DNA from: Kiloniellales bacterium
GTDB lineage: Bacteria; Pseudomonadota; Alphaproteobacteria; Kiloniellales; JAKSDN01
Direction: 5' to 3'
Assembly (NCBI GenBank): GCA_036444135.1
Contig: JAZFZX010000252.1
Coordinates: 1 to 30,090 of the forward strand
DNA: 30,090 bases
Shown here piece after piece: positions 9,234 to 20,225 of the stretch. The notes beneath the pieces were generated by a model. That model saw only the letters and a program-made list of their open reading frames with translations, was not told where the DNA came from and did no database searches. Each line of letters begins with the position of its first letter. Position 1 is the first letter of the stretch. The position numbers were made by a program, and so were the translations under genes.

Positions 9234-10354
9234 CCGGCATCGCCCGCACCGATACCAGCCTGCTCGGCCAGTGGTGGTGGACCGTGGACCGCTGGACCCT
9301 GGCCGCCGTGGCCGCGCTCATGGGTTTCGGCGTGATCCTCATCCTGGCCGCCACCCCGCCGGTCGCCGAGCGCATCGGGCTCGGTTCCTTTCACCTGGCT
9401 CAACGGCACCTGGCGCTCCTGCCCCTGGCGCTGCTGGTGCTGTTCCTGGTCTCGCTCTTGACCCCGCGCTGGGTGCGCCGGGTGGCGGTGATCGGCTTCG
9501 CGGCCGCGCTGCTGTTGTGTGCGCTGACGCTTTGGATCGGCCCCGAAATCAAAGGGGCCACGCGCTGGATCTCCGTGGCCGGGGTTTCGCTGCAGCCCTC
9601 GGAATTCGTCAAACCCACCTTCGCCGTGGTGGTGGCCTGGATGTTCGCGCTGTCCAAGAAGGATCCGTCGTTTGAGGGCGCGTGGATCGCCGCCGGGCTG
9701 TGGCTCCTGGTGGTCACACTGCTGATGCTGCAGCCGGACGTCGGCCAGGCCTTCATCGTTACCGCGATCTGGAGCGTTCAGTTCTTCCTCGCTGGTCTTC
9801 CGGTCGTCTGGGTCGGCCTTCTGGCGGTGGCGGCCTTCGCCGGCCTGGCCGCCAGCTACTACGCCCTGCCGCACGTCGCCCAACGGATCGACAGCTTCCT
9901 CGACCCCGCCACCGGCGATCAGTATCAGATCGAGCGCTCCATTGAGGCCTTCATGAACGGCGGCCTGTTCGGCCGCGGACCCGGCGAAGGCACGGTCAAG
10001 GCCTACCTCCCGGACGCCCATTCGGACTTCATCTTCGCCGTGGCCGGCGAGGAGCTGGGCCTGGTCGCCTGCCTCATCATGGTCGCGCTGTTCGCCTTCG
10101 TGGTGTTGCGCGGCTTCAGCCGCGCCTTCCACCGCGACAGCCTGTTCGTCCTTCTGGCGACCACCGGCCTGCTCACCCAGTTCGGCCTCCAAACCATCAT
10201 CAACATGGCGTCCACCCTGCACCTCATGCCGACCAAAGGCATGACGCTGCCGCTCATCAGCTACGGCGGCTCCTCCCTGATCGCCCTGTCGCTCTCGCTC
10301 GGAATGATCCTGGCGCTGACCCGCCGCCGTATCGGCATCGGAGACGAGCCATGA
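9230..10354 (+). CDS. ftsW: SEDS peptidoglycan polymerase FtsW
   Basis: ATGA overlap with murD. GATRWI, LQPSEFVKP, LQPDVG, LPDAHSDFIF, KGMTLPLISYGGSS. Confidence 0.96.
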   Translation: MTGIARTDTSLLGQWWWTVDRWTLAAVAALMGFGVILILAATPPVAERIGLGSFHLAQRHLALLPLALLVLFLVSLLTPRWVRRVAVIGFAAALLLCALTLWIGPEIKGATRWISVAGVSLQPSEFVKPTFAVVVAWMFALSKKDPSFEGAWIAAGLWLLVVTLLMLQPDVGQAFIVTAIWSVQFFLAGLPVVWVGLLAVAAFAGLAASYYALPHVAQRIDSFLDPATGDQYQIERSIEAFMNGGLFGRGPGEGTVKAYLPDAHSDFIFAVAGEELGLVACLIMVALFAFVVLRGFSRAFHRDSLFVLLATTGLLTQFGLQTIINMASTLHLMPTKGMTLPLISYGGSSLIALSLSLGMILALTRRRIGIGDEP

Positions 10355-11517
10355 GCGGGCCTCCCGTGCGCAAGGTCATCCTGGCGGCCGGCGGCACTGG
10401 CGGTCACATGTTCCCGGCCGAGGCGCTGGCCGGCGAATTGCGCGCCCGGGGCGTTGCGGTAGCGCTCGTCACCGACCGCCGCGGCGGCGGTTTCGGCGGC
10501 GATCTGGCACAGGTCGAAACCCATCTCATCAGCGCCGGCGGCATTGCCGGCGGCAATCCGCTCAAACGCGTCCGCGGGCTGGGCATGCTGGCCCTGGGTT
10601 GGCTGCAGGCGCGGCGGCTGGTCGCCGCCTCGAACGCGGATGCCGCCGTCGGCTTCGGCGGCTATGCCTCGGTGCCGACCGTCCTGGCCGCGTCCCGGGC
10701 GGGCTTGCGGGTTGTCCTGCACGAACAGAACGCGGTGGCCGGACGCGCAAACCGTATGCTGGCCGGGCGCGCCGACGCGATCGCCACCGGCTTCGCGCAG
10801 GTGCGGGGTTTGGCGGATGCCGATCTCGCAAAGACGAAGATGACCGGCAACCCGGTGCGCGCTGAGATCGGCGAGATTGCCCGCTATCCCTACCCGGTGC
10901 CGGGAAACGGCGACGCGATCAACCTGCTGGTGGTCGGGGGCAGCCTGGGCGCCCAGGTCTTCAACAGCGTGGTCCCGGCCGCCGTCCAACGGCTGCCGGA
11001 GGACCTGCGAGCCCGACTGCGGGTCACCCAGCAGGTGCCCGGCGAAGAGCTCGACCTGGTCCGCCAAGCCTATCAGGCCTGCAACGTCAGGGCGGTGCTC
11101 GCCGGCTTTTTCGACGACCTGCCGCAACGCCTCGCCGAGGCGCATCTGGTGATCAGCCGGGCCGGCGCCTCCACCGTGGCCGAATTGATGAGCGCCGGTC
11201 GCCCCGCGGTCCTGGTCCCCTACCCGCACGGGGTCGACGACCATCAGACGGCGAACGCCCAGGCGCTGGCCGACGCCGGTGGCGGCTGGCTCATGCCGCA
11301 AGCGGCGCTCACGCCCGATGCCTTGGCCGCGCGGCTCGAATCGCTGCTCACGGCAGCGGCCCTGCTGGCCCAGGCGGCCGTCTGCGCCGCCGCCCTGGCC
11401 CCACGCAACGCCGCCGGGCGGCTGGCGGACTTGGTTTGCGGGGCAGCCAACGAAAACGGCGGCGATGCCGACCCGCGCGATCTTCCCGAGCAGGATTCCA
11501 GGGAGGCCGCGGCATGA
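10351..11517 (+). CDS. murG: Lipid I N-acetylglucosaminyl transferase MurG
   Basis: [48 protein letters not shown]. Confidence 0.97.
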   Translation: MSGPPVRKVILAAGGTGGHMFPAEALAGELRARGVAVALVTDRRGGGFGGDLAQVETHLISAGGIAGGNPLKRVRGLGMLALGWLQARRLVAASNADAAVGFGGYASVPTVLAASRAGLRVVLHEQNAVAGRANRMLAGRADAIATGFAQVRGLADADLAKTKMTGNPVRAEIGEIARYPYPVPGNGDAINLLVVGGSLGAQVFNSVVPAAVQRLPEDLRARLRVTQQVPGEELDLVRQAYQACNVRAVLAGFFDDLPQRLAEAHLVISRAGASTVAELMSAGRPAVLVPYPHGVDDHQTANAQALADAGGGWLMPQAALTPDALAARLESLLTAAALLAQAAVCAAALAPRNAAGRLADLVCGAANENGGDADPRDLPEQDSREAAA

Positions 11518-12956
11518 TGGTACTGCCGTTCGACATCGGGACCCTGCACTTCATCGGGATCGGCGGCATCGGCATGTCCGGCATCGCCGAGATTCTGCAC
11601 AACCTGGGCTACCGGGTGCGGGGCAGCGACGTCGCCGAGAACGCCAATGTTCAACGGCTGCGCCAAATGGGCATCGAAGTCGCCATCGGCCAGCGGGCGG
11701 AAAACCTGGGCGACGCCCAGGTCGCGGTGGTGTCCTCCGCCATCAAAGAGAACAACCCGGAGCTGGTGGCCGCGCGCGACGGATTCATCCCCGTGGTCCG
11801 GCGCGCCGAGATGCTGGGCGAGCTGATGCGGCTCAAGTGGTCGGTGGCCGTAGGCGGCACCCATGGAAAAACGACGACCACCTCGTTGATCGCCGCCGTG
11901 CTGGACGCCGCCGACTACGACCCCACCGTGATCAACGGCGGCATCATCAACGCCTACGGCACCAATGCCCGGCTCGGCGACGGCGACTGGATGGTGGTCG
12001 AGGCCGACGAGAGCGACGGCAGCTTCGTCAAGCTGCCCGCCACCGTCGCCGTGGTCACCAACATCGACCCGGAGCACATGGATTTCTATGGCTCCGAGGA
12101 GGTCTTGCACGACGCCTTCGAGGTCTTCGTCGAGAACATCCCGTTCTATGGCTTCGCGGTTCTGTGCATCGACCATCCCGCCGTTCAGGGCCTGATCGGC
12201 CGCATCGAAGACCGCCGCATCGTCACCTATGGCTTCAGTCCCCAGGCCGACGTCCGCGGGCTCGAGGTCACCGTGGGCGAGCATAAGACCACCTTCGACG
12301 TGGCGATCGCCGGGCACCCGGCGGGCGAAGAACGGATGCTCGCCGGCCTGGAGCTGCCGATGGTGGGGCGGCACAACGTGCAGAACGCCCTGGCCGCCGC
12401 GGCCGTAGCCAACGAGATGGGCATCCCGGACGACGTGCTGCGCAAGGGCCTGGCCGCGTTCGGCGGGGTGAAGCGGCGCTTCACCCACACCGGCGAGGCC
12501 GGCGGCATCACCATCATCGACGACTACGCGCATCATCCGGTGGAGATCGCGGCGGCCCTGGAGGCCGCCCGGCAGTCGACCGAGGGCCAGGTCATCGCCG
12601 TCATGCAGCCGCACCGCTACACCCGGCTGTCCACGCTGTTCGAAGACTTCTGCACCTGCTTCAACGACGCCGATCACGTGATCGTCGCCGATGTCTACCC
12701 GGCCGGTGAAACGCCCATCGAAGGGGCCGACCGCGATGGCCTGGTCGCGGGTCTCAGGGCGCGCGGCCATCGCCAGGTGACGGCGCTCACCGATCCGTCC
12801 GCCCTGCCCGGGCTGATCGCGGACCTGGGCACCGCGGGTGATCTGGTGGTCTGCCTGGGCGCCGGCAACATCACGGCCTGGGCCAACGCCCTGCCCGGCG
12901 ATCTGGAGAGCCACTTGGCCGCCCGCGGGCCGAAGAGCGCGGGAGCGGGATTATGA
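11514..12956 (+). CDS. murC: UDP-MurNAc:L-Ala ligase
   Basis: ATGA overlap with mur[55 protein letters not shown]. Confidence 0.97.
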   Translation: MMVLPFDIGTLHFIGIGGIGMSGIAEILHNLGYRVRGSDVAENANVQRLRQMGIEVAIGQRAENLGDAQVAVVSSAIKENNPELVAARDGFIPVVRRAEMLGELMRLKWSVAVGGTHGKTTTTSLIAAVLDAADYDPTVINGGIINAYGTNARLGDGDWMVVEADESDGSFVKLPATVAVVTNIDPEHMDFYGSEEVLHDAFEVFVENIPFYGFAVLCIDHPAVQGLIGRIEDRRIVTYGFSPQADVRGLEVTVGEHKTTFDVAIAGHPAGEERMLAGLELPMVGRHNVQNALAAAAVANEMGIPDDVLRKGLAAFGGVKRRFTHTGEAGGITIIDDYAHHPVEIAAALEAARQSTEGQVIAVMQPHRYTRLSTLFEDFCTCFNDADHVIVADVYPAGETPIEGADRDGLVAGLRARGHRQVTALTDPSALPGLIADLGTAGDLVVCLGAGNITAWANALPGDLESHLAARGPKSAGAGL

Positions 12957-13927
12957 TGGCCGCGCAGCAGACCATAACGCCCCGCCTGCTCGACCGGCTG
13001 CCTGCCGTCCGGGGCCGCCTCACCGAATCGGCGCGGCTCAGCGGCATCACCTGGTTCCGCGTCGGTGGACCCGCCGAGGTCATGTTCCGCCCCGCCGACC
13101 GTGATGATCTGTTGGCCTTCCTCGCGGCCAAACCCGACGACGTGCCGGTCACCGCCATCGGGGTCGCCTCGAATCTCCTGGTGCGCGACGGCGGCGTGCC
13201 GGGCGTGGTGATCCGGCTGGGGCGCGATTTCGCCGCCATCGAGCCCGACGGCAACGACCTGGTGTGTGGCGCGGCAGCCATCGACGTCAACGTCGCGCGC
13301 GCCGCGCGCAACGCCGGCATCGGCGGCCTGGAGTTCCTGTCCGGCGTGCCGGGGACTATCGGCGGCGGCCTGCGCATGAACGCCGGCGCCTACGGCAAGG
13401 AGTTCAAGGACGTTCTCGTCTGGGCCGAAGCGGCCGATAGCGCCGGCCGCGTCGAGCGCATTGGCACCACGGACATGGGCTTCGCCTACCGCCGGTCGGG
13501 TGTCCCCGACGACTGGATCTTCCTTGCCGCCCGCCTGGCCGGCCATGCCGAGGACCCGGACGCCATCCAGGCCCGCATGAGCGACATACAGGAGGCCCGC
13601 AGCGGCAGCCAGCCGATCAAGTCGCGCACCGGCGGCTCCACCTTCAAGAACCCACCGGCCGAGGAAAGCGGCGGCAGGAAGGCCTGGGAGCTGATCGAGG
13701 CCGCCGGCTGCCGTGGACTCCAATTGGGCGGCGCCCAGGTCTCCGAACAACACTGCAACTTCCTGATCAACACGGGAGAGGCCACCGCCGCCGACCTGGA
13801 GGATCTAGGCGAAGAGGTCCGCCGCCGGGTTGAGGCCGCCACCGGCGTGCGGCTGGAATGGGAGATCCGCCGGATCGGCGTGGGCGGAACAACCGACGCC
13901 CCGGCGGCGCCGGGAGGTGCCGCATGA
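12953..13927 (+). CDS. murB: UDP-N-acetylenolpyruvoylglucosamine reductase
   Basis: [59 protein letters not shown]. Confidence 0.96.
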   Translation: MMAAQQTITPRLLDRLPAVRGRLTESARLSGITWFRVGGPAEVMFRPADRDDLLAFLAAKPDDVPVTAIGVASNLLVRDGGVPGVVIRLGRDFAAIEPDGNDLVCGAAAIDVNVARAARNAGIGGLEFLSGVPGTIGGGLRMNAGAYGKEFKDVLVWAEAADSAGRVERIGTTDMGFAYRRSGVPDDWIFLAARLAGHAEDPDAIQARMSDIQEARSGSQPIKSRTGGSTFKNPPAEESGGRKAWELIEAAGCRGLQLGGAQVSEQHCNFLINTGEATAADLEDLGEEVRRRVEAATGVRLEWEIRRIGVGGTTDAPAAPGGAA

Positions 13928-14844
13928 GCGGGCCTGTCACGGTTCTCATGGGCGGCTCCTCGGCCGAGCGCGAGGTCTCTCTGGTGACCGGCGCGGCCTG
14001 CGCGAAGGGCTTGCGCGAGGCGGGCTACGACGTGGTGGAGATCGACGTGGGCCGCGACGTGGCGGCCTTGGTGGCGGCGCTGAGCCCGGCACCCGAGGCG
14101 GTCTTCAACGCCCTGCACGGGCGCTGGGGCGAGGACGGCTGCATTCAGGGCATTCTCGAGCTGTTGCAGATTCCCTACACCCACTCGGGCTTGCTGGCCT
14201 CCGCACTGGCCATGAACAAGCCGGTGGCCAAGCGGCTCTTCGAAGTGGCGGGGCTCAAATGCCCCGAGGGCTGGGTGGTCGATCGCGACACCCTCATGGC
14301 CGGCGACGTCCTGCCGCGACCCTATGTCGTCAAGCCCACCAACGAGGGCTCCAGCGTCGGCGTGCGCATCCTGAAGGAAGGCACCAACGAACCGCCGATC
14401 GACCCGTCTCAATGGCCGACCGGAACAGAGCTCATGGTCGAGCGCTACGTGCCCGGGCGCGAGTTGACGGTAGCCGTCATGGGCGATCGCCCCCTGGCCG
14501 TGACCGAGGTGCGGCCGCGCCAGGGCTTCTACGACTACGAGGCCAAATACACCGAGGGGCGCGCCAACCACGTGATTCCCGCCCAGGTCCCCACCGAGGT
14601 CTACGACCGGGCGATGGACATGGCGCTGAGCGCCCATCGGACGTTGGGTTGCCGCGGGGTCAGCCGCGCCGATTTTCGCTACGACGATGGCGCCGGATCG
14701 CCGGGCGACCTCTATCTGCTCGAGATCAACACCCAGCCCGGCATGACCCCGCTCAGCCTGGTTCCCGAGCAGGCGGCCTATCTCGACATCGGGTTCGCCG
14801 AGCTCTGCGCGTGGATGGTGGAGAACGCAGCATGCGACGGCTGA
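13924..14844 (+). CDS. ddl: D-alanine--D-alanine ligase
   Basis: ATGA overlap with mur[49 protein letters not shown]. Confidence 0.96.
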   Translation: MSGPVTVLMGGSSAEREVSLVTGAACAKGLREAGYDVVEIDVGRDVAALVAALSPAPEAVFNALHGRWGEDGCIQGILELLQIPYTHSGLLASALAMNKPVAKRLFEVAGLKCPEGWVVDRDTLMAGDVLPRPYVVKPTNEGSSVGVRILKEGTNEPPIDPSQWPTGTELMVERYVPGRELTVAVMGDRPLAVTEVRPRQGFYDYEAKYTEGRANHVIPAQVPTEVYDRAMDMALSAHRTLGCRGVSRADFRYDDGAGSPGDLYLLEINTQPGMTPLSLVPEQAAYLDIGFAELCAWMVENAACDG

Positions 14845-15731
14845 CCTCGCAAGACCGGCCCTGCCCGCCGCCCGCCCGTGCGCCACGAAAGCGCACCGCG
14901 GGCCGCCGCGCGCCGCCCAAGAAGCTGCGGCGACCCTGGTCACGCGCCGAGCGGAGGCTGGTTATCAATGGCAGCGCGGGACTGGCCGGCGTTCTGGTCC
15001 TCGGCGGCTTGGTCTGGCTTCTGAGCAGCGGCTGGGCCGGGCGCCAGGCCGCCAATCTGGCGACCGGTTTCTACCGCATGACCGCCAGCCAGGGCCTGTC
15101 CGTCGAGGAGATCCTCGTGGAGGGCCGCGGGCGCACCGGACCCGGCAGCCTGCGATCGGCGCTCGGCCTGCAAAGGGGCGATGCGATCCTGGCCTTCGAT
15201 CCTCAGGCGGCGAAGGCGCGCCTTGAGGCCCTGCCGTGGGTGCGGCAGGCCGCGATCGAGCGGCGCCTGCCGTCGCTCATCTACCTGCGCCTTGAGGAGC
15301 GCCGCCCGATGGCGCTGTGGCAACTGGACGGCCGTCTGACGGTGATCGACGAGACGGGCGAGATCATCGCCGGCGCGCGTCCCGAGGACTTCGCCCGGCT
15401 GACCCTGGTGGTCGGCCCCGATGCCCCCGAGCACACCGCCAAACTGGTGCGGCTTCTGGACAGCGCGCCAGAGCTGAAGCGCCGCGTATCGGCGGCCATC
15501 CGGGTCAGCGGCCGGCGCTGGAATCTGCGGCTGGATGGCGGCATCGACGTGCGCCTGCCGGAGCACAACCCCGAGGGCGCCTGGGCGCAGCTGGTCCGCA
15601 TCGAACGCCAGCACGGCGTGCTGCAGCGCGATGTGGCGACCATCGACCTGCGACTGCCGGGCCGCCTGGTCGTGCGCACCATGCCAGAGGCCGCCCGCCA
15701 ACCCGCCGGCACCGACGGCAAGAACACATGA
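14832..15731 (+). CDS. ftsQ: Cell division protein FtsQ
   Basis: Basic N-tail, one TM, POTRA domain (VEGRGRT...LEALPWV...[16 protein letters not shown]) and C-terminal [12 protein letters not shown]. Lies between ddl and ftsA. Confidence 0.92.
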   Translation: MRRLTSQDRPCPPPARAPRKRTAGRRAPPKKLRRPWSRAERRLVINGSAGLAGVLVLGGLVWLLSSGWAGRQAANLATGFYRMTASQGLSVEEILVEGRGRTGPGSLRSALGLQRGDAILAFDPQAAKARLEALPWVRQAAIERRLPSLIYLRLEERRPMALWQLDGRLTVIDETGEIIAGARPEDFARLTLVVGPDAPEHTAKLVRLLDSAPELKRRVSAAIRVSGRRWNLRLDGGIDVRLPEHNPEGAWAQLVRIERQHGVLQRDVATIDLRLPGRLVVRTMPEAARQPAGTDGKNT

Positions 15732-15774
15732 CCGGCCGCCCCACAAGGATTGCGGAGATCAGAGACCCACGCCG

Positions 15775-17058
15775 ATGAGAAAGAGCCTCGCCCGATCCCG
15801 CGACAACCGCATTGCCGTCCTCGACGTGGGCAGCAGCAAGATTTGCTGCTTTGTCGCCGATATCGAGAGCGGCGACGATCCGAAGGTCATCGGCATCGGC
15901 CATCAGGCGAGCCGGGGTGTCAAGAGCGGCACAGTGGTCGACATGGAGGCCACGCAAAACGCGATCCTCAGCACCGTGCACGCCGCCGAGCAGATGGCCG
16001 GCGAGGCGATCGACCGCGTCCTGGTCAACCTTTCCGGCGGCTTTCCGGTCTCCTTCTCGATGGCGATCGAGGTTTCGATCGCCGGCCACGAAGTGGGCGA
16101 CGCCGACCTGCGCCGGGCCATCACGCACGGTTTTCAGTCAGACAGCGTGACCGGCGAAACCGCGCGTGGCCGGCAGCTCATTCACTCGATCCCGATCAGC
16201 TACACGATCGACGGCAGTTCCGGAATCCGCGATCCGCGCGGCATGTACGGCGATCTCCTCGGGGTCAACATGCACCTGGTGACGGCCGGCAACGGCCCGG
16301 TCCGGAACCTCAGCACCTGCGTTCAGCGCTGTCACCTGGATGTGGCCGGTTTCGTGGTCTCGCCCTACGCCTCGGGCCTGGCGACGTTGGCGCCCGACGA
16401 GATGAGCCTGGGCGCGACATTGATCGACATGGGCGGCGGCACAACCACGATCGCGGTGTTCCTGGGCGGCAACGTCATCTTCACGGACGTCCTGCCGATC
16501 GGCGGCGAGCACGTCACCAACGACATCGCCCGCGGCCTGTCGACTCCGATCGCCGACGCCGAGCGCATGAAAACCCTGTTCGGCCACGCCATGGCCGTGG
16601 CGGCCGACGACCGCGAATACATCGACGTGCCGCAGGTCGGCGAGGAAAACGACGGCACCCCGCAGCAGGTTTCCCGTTCACTGCTGGTCGGAATCATCCA
16701 GCCCCGCAGCGAAGAGATCTTCGAGCTGGTCCGATCGCGGCTCGAAGCCAGCGGTTTCGACAAGGTGGCGGGCCGGCGGGTGGTTCTGACCGGCGGCGCC
16801 AGCCAGCTGCCGGGCCTGCGCGATCTCGCCGCCTTGATTCTGGACAAGCAGGTCCGCGTCGGCCGCCCCGTGCGCCTTCGCGGCCTCGCCGAATCGACCG
16901 CCGGGCCCGCCTATGCCACCTGCGCGGGCCTGATCAGCTACGCGATCACGGACGACAACGATTTTGAGGGTCCTTTGATGGAGGAAGCCCGCATCAAGCC
17001 AACGGAGCCGAACGGCCTGGTCGGCCGTCTCGGAGGCTGGTTCCGTGAGCACTTTTGA
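15775..17058 (+). CDS. ftsA: Cell division protein FtsA
   Basis: VLDVGSSKICC, LIDMGGGTT, GGEHVTNDI, VVLTGGASQL and the amphipathic C-terminal helix LVGRLGGWFREHF. Start chosen at the ATG at 15775. Confidence 0.96.
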   Translation: MRKSLARSRDNRIAVLDVGSSKICCFVADIESGDDPKVIGIGHQASRGVKSGTVVDMEATQNAILSTVHAAEQMAGEAIDRVLVNLSGGFPVSFSMAIEVSIAGHEVGDADLRRAITHGFQSDSVTGETARGRQLIHSIPISYTIDGSSGIRDPRGMYGDLLGVNMHLVTAGNGPVRNLSTCVQRCHLDVAGFVVSPYASGLATLAPDEMSLGATLIDMGGGTTTIAVFLGGNVIFTDVLPIGGEHVTNDIARGLSTPIADAERMKTLFGHAMAVAADDREYIDVPQVGEENDGTPQQVSRSLLVGIIQPRSEEIFELVRSRLEASGFDKVAGRRVVLTGGASQLPGLRDLAALILDKQVRVGRPVRLRGLAESTAGPAYATCAGLISYAITDDNDFEGPLMEEARIKPTEPNGLVGRLGGWFREHF

Positions 17059-17147
17059 CTTGATCGACCCGGATGTCCCGACCGTCTCGGGACAACGACC
17101 CGGCCCGACCAGCGGTGAGGGCCTTTGCTGAGCCTTAGGAGGCGACC

Positions 17148-18878
17148 ATGACCTTGAACCTCGTTATTCCCACTTCGGAGCACCAACTGACCCCGAAGAT
17201 CACCGTCATCGGCGTCGGCGGCGCCGGCGGCAACGCCGTGAACAACATGATCCAGTCGAATCTGGAGGGCGTCAATTTTCTGGTCGCCAACACGGATGCC
17301 CAGGCACTGTCGCAGTCACTCTGCGAACACACGATTCAGATCGGCCGTCAGATCACCCAAGGCCTGGGCGCAGGCTCGCAGCCGGATGTCGGCCGGGCCG
17401 CCGCCGAGGAGGCGCTCGATGAAATGCTTGCCGCCCTGGAAGGCGTCAACATGGTCTTCATCGCCGCGGGCATGGGCGGCGGCACGGGCACCGGCGCCGC
17501 GCCGGTTATCGCCCGCGCCACCCGCGAGGCCGGCATCCTGACGGTCGGCGTCACCACCAAACCGTTCCAGTTCGAAGGTATTCACCGCATGAAGATCGCA
17601 GAGACCGGGCTCAGCGACCTTCAACAGTACGTCGATACCCTGATCATCATTCCGAACCAGAACCTGTTCCGGGTGGCGAACGAGAAGACCACCTTCGCCG
17701 ATGCCTTCAAGATGGCCGACGACGTGCTGCACGCCGGCGTGCGCGGGGTCACGGACCTGATCGTGATGCCCGGGTTGATCAATCTGGACTTCGCCGATAT
17801 TCGCGCCGTGATGGGCGAGATGGGCAAGGCCATGATGGGTACCGGCGAATCCGACGGTGAGAACCGGGCGATCGAGGCCGCCGAGGCCGCGATCTCGAAC
17901 CCGCTGCTCGACGAGATCTCCATGAAGGGCGCCCGGGGCGTACTCATCAACATCACCGGCGGCGACGACCTGACCCTGTTCGAAGTCGACGAAGCGGCCA
18001 ACCGCATCCGCGACGAGGTCGATCCCGATGCCAACATCATTTTCGGATCCACCTTCGAGCAGGCCATGAGCGGCCAAATGCGGGTCTCGGTCGTGGCCAC
18101 AGGCATCGAGGCCGAAGAATACGCCCAGCCGCACCCGGTGTCGTTGAGCCTGGTTGCCGAGCAAAGCCGCCCGCTGCCCGCCGAAGCGCCGGACGACCAG
18201 CCGGAAGAAACCATCGCAGAGGCCGCGGAACCGGAAGAGGCGAGCGAGGCGGGGTTCGAGGACGTCTCCGAATCCGCCGAGGCCGAAATCATGCCCGAGC
18301 CGGCAACGGCCATGCAGGCAACCCCGGACATCGAGGGCGACGAAGACAGCGATGACAGCTTCTTCGCGCCGCCACCCGCGGTATCCGATCCGACCGCCGA
18401 CGCGGAGCATGCCGCGGAAGCCGCGGCGGCGGATCCCTTCGCCGAGGCGGAGATTGCCAACAGTGGCCAGCGGCATCTTCCGGGGCATGAACAGCCTGAC
18501 GCATCGCCGTCGCGCCGCAGGGCGCAGGGCCTTCTCGCCAAGGTGACGGGCGCGGCCCGTGCGTTCCACGAGGCCACGCAGACTGCCGGCCAGTCGATAC
18601 AAGCGCATGAAGCCCCTGGACGCGACGCTCTCGGCTCGGCCGGGGCGCACCCCAGCCGCACGACTCCGGGCCGCACTGCCGAACCGGAACACGGCGCGGC
18701 GGCGGCAACGGCCGAGGCTCAAACGGCCAAACCCGAGTCGCGTGCAGCGCCCGAGTCGGCCGCCAAGGCCAGCCAACCGCGCCTCACCGGCCTCGATCCG
18801 GCCGAGCGCCTCGGCGTCAGTCCCAGCGATGAGGATCTTCTGGATATCCCAGCGTTTCTGCGGCGTCAGGCCAACTGA
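17148..18878 (+). CDS. ftsZ: Cell division protein FtsZ (long-linker alphaproteobacterial type)
   Basis: [20 protein letters not shown], tubulin signature [15 protein letters not shown], and C-terminal peptide [12 protein letters not shown]. Confidence 0.98.
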   Translation: MTLNLVIPTSEHQLTPKITVIGVGGAGGNAVNNMIQSNLEGVNFLVANTDAQALSQSLCEHTIQIGRQITQGLGAGSQPDVGRAAAEEALDEMLAALEGVNMVFIAAGMGGGTGTGAAPVIARATREAGILTVGVTTKPFQFEGIHRMKIAETGLSDLQQYVDTLIIIPNQNLFRVANEKTTFADAFKMADDVLHAGVRGVTDLIVMPGLINLDFADIRAVMGEMGKAMMGTGESDGENRAIEAAEAAISNPLLDEISMKGARGVLINITGGDDLTLFEVDEAANRIRDEVDPDANIIFGSTFEQAMSGQMRVSVVATGIEAEEYAQPHPVSLSLVAEQSRPLPAEAPDDQPEETIAEAAEPEEASEAGFEDVSESAEAEIMPEPATAMQATPDIEGDEDSDDSFFAPPPAVSDPTADAEHAAEAAAADPFAEAEIANSGQRHLPGHEQPDASPSRRRAQGLLAKVTGAARAFHEATQTAGQSIQAHEAPGRDALGSAGAHPSRTTPGRTAEPEHGAAAATAEAQTAKPESRAAPESAAKASQPRLTGLDPAERLGVSPSDEDLLDIPAFLRRQAN

Positions 18879-18958
18879 ACGAGGCGCCACCGAGTGGACA
18901 ATGCAGCCGGGCAAGAGACCGCGAGAAGGAGACGGAACACGCTGCCACAAACATTGAC

Positions 18959-18987
18959 TTGTGCGTACCGGAGCAGATCTCTACCTT
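18959..18987 (+). promoter_or_regulatory. Putative sigma70 promoter for lpxC
   Basis: TTGTGC (18959-64), 17-bp spacer, TACCTT (18982-87). Confidence 0.5.
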
Positions 18988-19090
18988 TGTGTCCTGGTGG
19001 CTTCATGGCCGATTCGCCGGCCCATTGCTGCGGCGATGAAAGCCAAGGTGGCCTGACCCCAAGGCGCAACCACACGACTGGGCCGGGGGC

Positions 19091-20083
19091 ATGCGCGAAA
19101 TCCAGAGCGGAACCGGCGGCGGTTCGTCCCTAGATCATGGGGCGGGTCAAGAGATCGTGCTTCAGCACACGCTGAAGCACGCGATCCGTTGTTGCGGAAT
19201 CGGCATGCACAGCGGCCGCAAGGTCGCTATGACCTTGCGCCCGGCGGCGGTGGATAGTGGCATCGTCTTTCACCGCAGCGACCTGGGCGGCGATGCCACG
19301 CTGGCGGCGTCATGGGACTGCGCCGTCGAGACGCCGTTGTGCACCAATCTGCAAAATGACAAGGGCGTGACGGTGGCCACCGTCGAACACCTCATGTCGG
19401 CCCTTTACGGCTGCGGCATCGATAATGCGGTGATCGAAATAGACGGGCCGGAGGTTCCGGCAATGGACGGCAGTGCGGCGCCGTTCGTCTTCCTGCTCGA
19501 ATGCGCGGGCACGGTTTCGCAGGACGCGCCCCGGCGGGCGCTCAAAATCTTGCGGCGGATTGCCGTCCGGGACGCGGAGCAGCAGGCATCCCTGTCCCCG
19601 GGACACGGGCTGACGATCCACTTCGAGATCGACTTCGAAAGCCCGGCCATCGGCCATCAAGATTGGTTCGTCGCAATGGAAGCCGGCGCGTACAAGCGCG
19701 AGGTCGCCCGCGCCCGGACCTTTGGTTTCTTGAGCGAGGTGGAGGCATTGCGCGCCCGCGGTCTGGCACTCGGCGGCTCGCTGGAGAACGCCGTGATCAT
19801 CGACGGCGACCAGGTGGTGAACGAGGGCGGCTTGCGTTTCCACAACGAATTCGTCCGCCACAAAGTCCTCGACATGATTGGCGACCTCTATTTAGCCGGT
19901 GGCCCCGTCCTTGGCCACGCCAGTTCGCTTCGCGGCGGACATTCGCTGACCGTCCGGTTGCTCAAGCAGCTTTTCGCCGAACCGGACGCGTGGACCTGGA
20001 CGACTGCGACCGAGGCCGAATTGAGCGGCGTGCCGCCGCTTGCGGAACCAGCCATGCCGCCGGTGGCCGCGGCCCGCGCCTGA
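19091..20083 (+). CDS. lpxC: UDP-3-O-acyl-N-acetylglucosamine deacetylase
   Basis: GIGMHSG, TVEHLMSAL, EVPAMDGSA, ARTFGF, and the zinc motif RHKVLDMIGDL. The start could instead be the GTG at 19157. Confidence 0.96.
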   Translation: MREIQSGTGGGSSLDHGAGQEIVLQHTLKHAIRCCGIGMHSGRKVAMTLRPAAVDSGIVFHRSDLGGDATLAASWDCAVETPLCTNLQNDKGVTVATVEHLMSALYGCGIDNAVIEIDGPEVPAMDGSAAPFVFLLECAGTVSQDAPRRALKILRRIAVRDAEQQASLSPGHGLTIHFEIDFESPAIGHQDWFVAMEAGAYKREVARARTFGFLSEVEALRARGLALGGSLENAVIIDGDQVVNEGGLRFHNEFVRHKVLDMIGDLYLAGGPVLGHASSLRGGHSLTVRLLKQLFAEPDAWTWTTATEAELSGVPPLAEPAMPPVAAARA

Positions 20084-20141
20084 TAACTCCAACCGATTTG
20101 CGGGGCCTTCAGAAACAGCCGGATTCGGCCCGGCCGCTCGC

Positions 20142-20170
20142 TTGTGGGCGGCGGCGCGAGCACCTATAGT
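20142..20170 (+). promoter_or_regulatory. Putative sigma70 promoter for bamD-recN-ligA
   Basis: TTGTGG (20142-47), 17-bp spacer, TATAGT (20165-70), 55 nt before the bamD ATG. Confidence 0.6.
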
Positions 20171-20225
20171 CTGCCACCTGCGAGACACTTCGATCGATGG
20201 ATAGAAACCAGAAATCGCTACTCCG

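Noticed and set aside
684-13927. Chain of 4-nt stop/start overlaps through the dcw cluster
   Set aside because: Real, but ordinary translational coupling typical of this operon.
18894-19133. 79-aa ORF in the ftsZ-lpxC spacer as a possible small protein or leader peptide
   Set aside because: Spans the predicted lpxC promoter, overlaps lpxC out of frame, and has no RBS or motif support.
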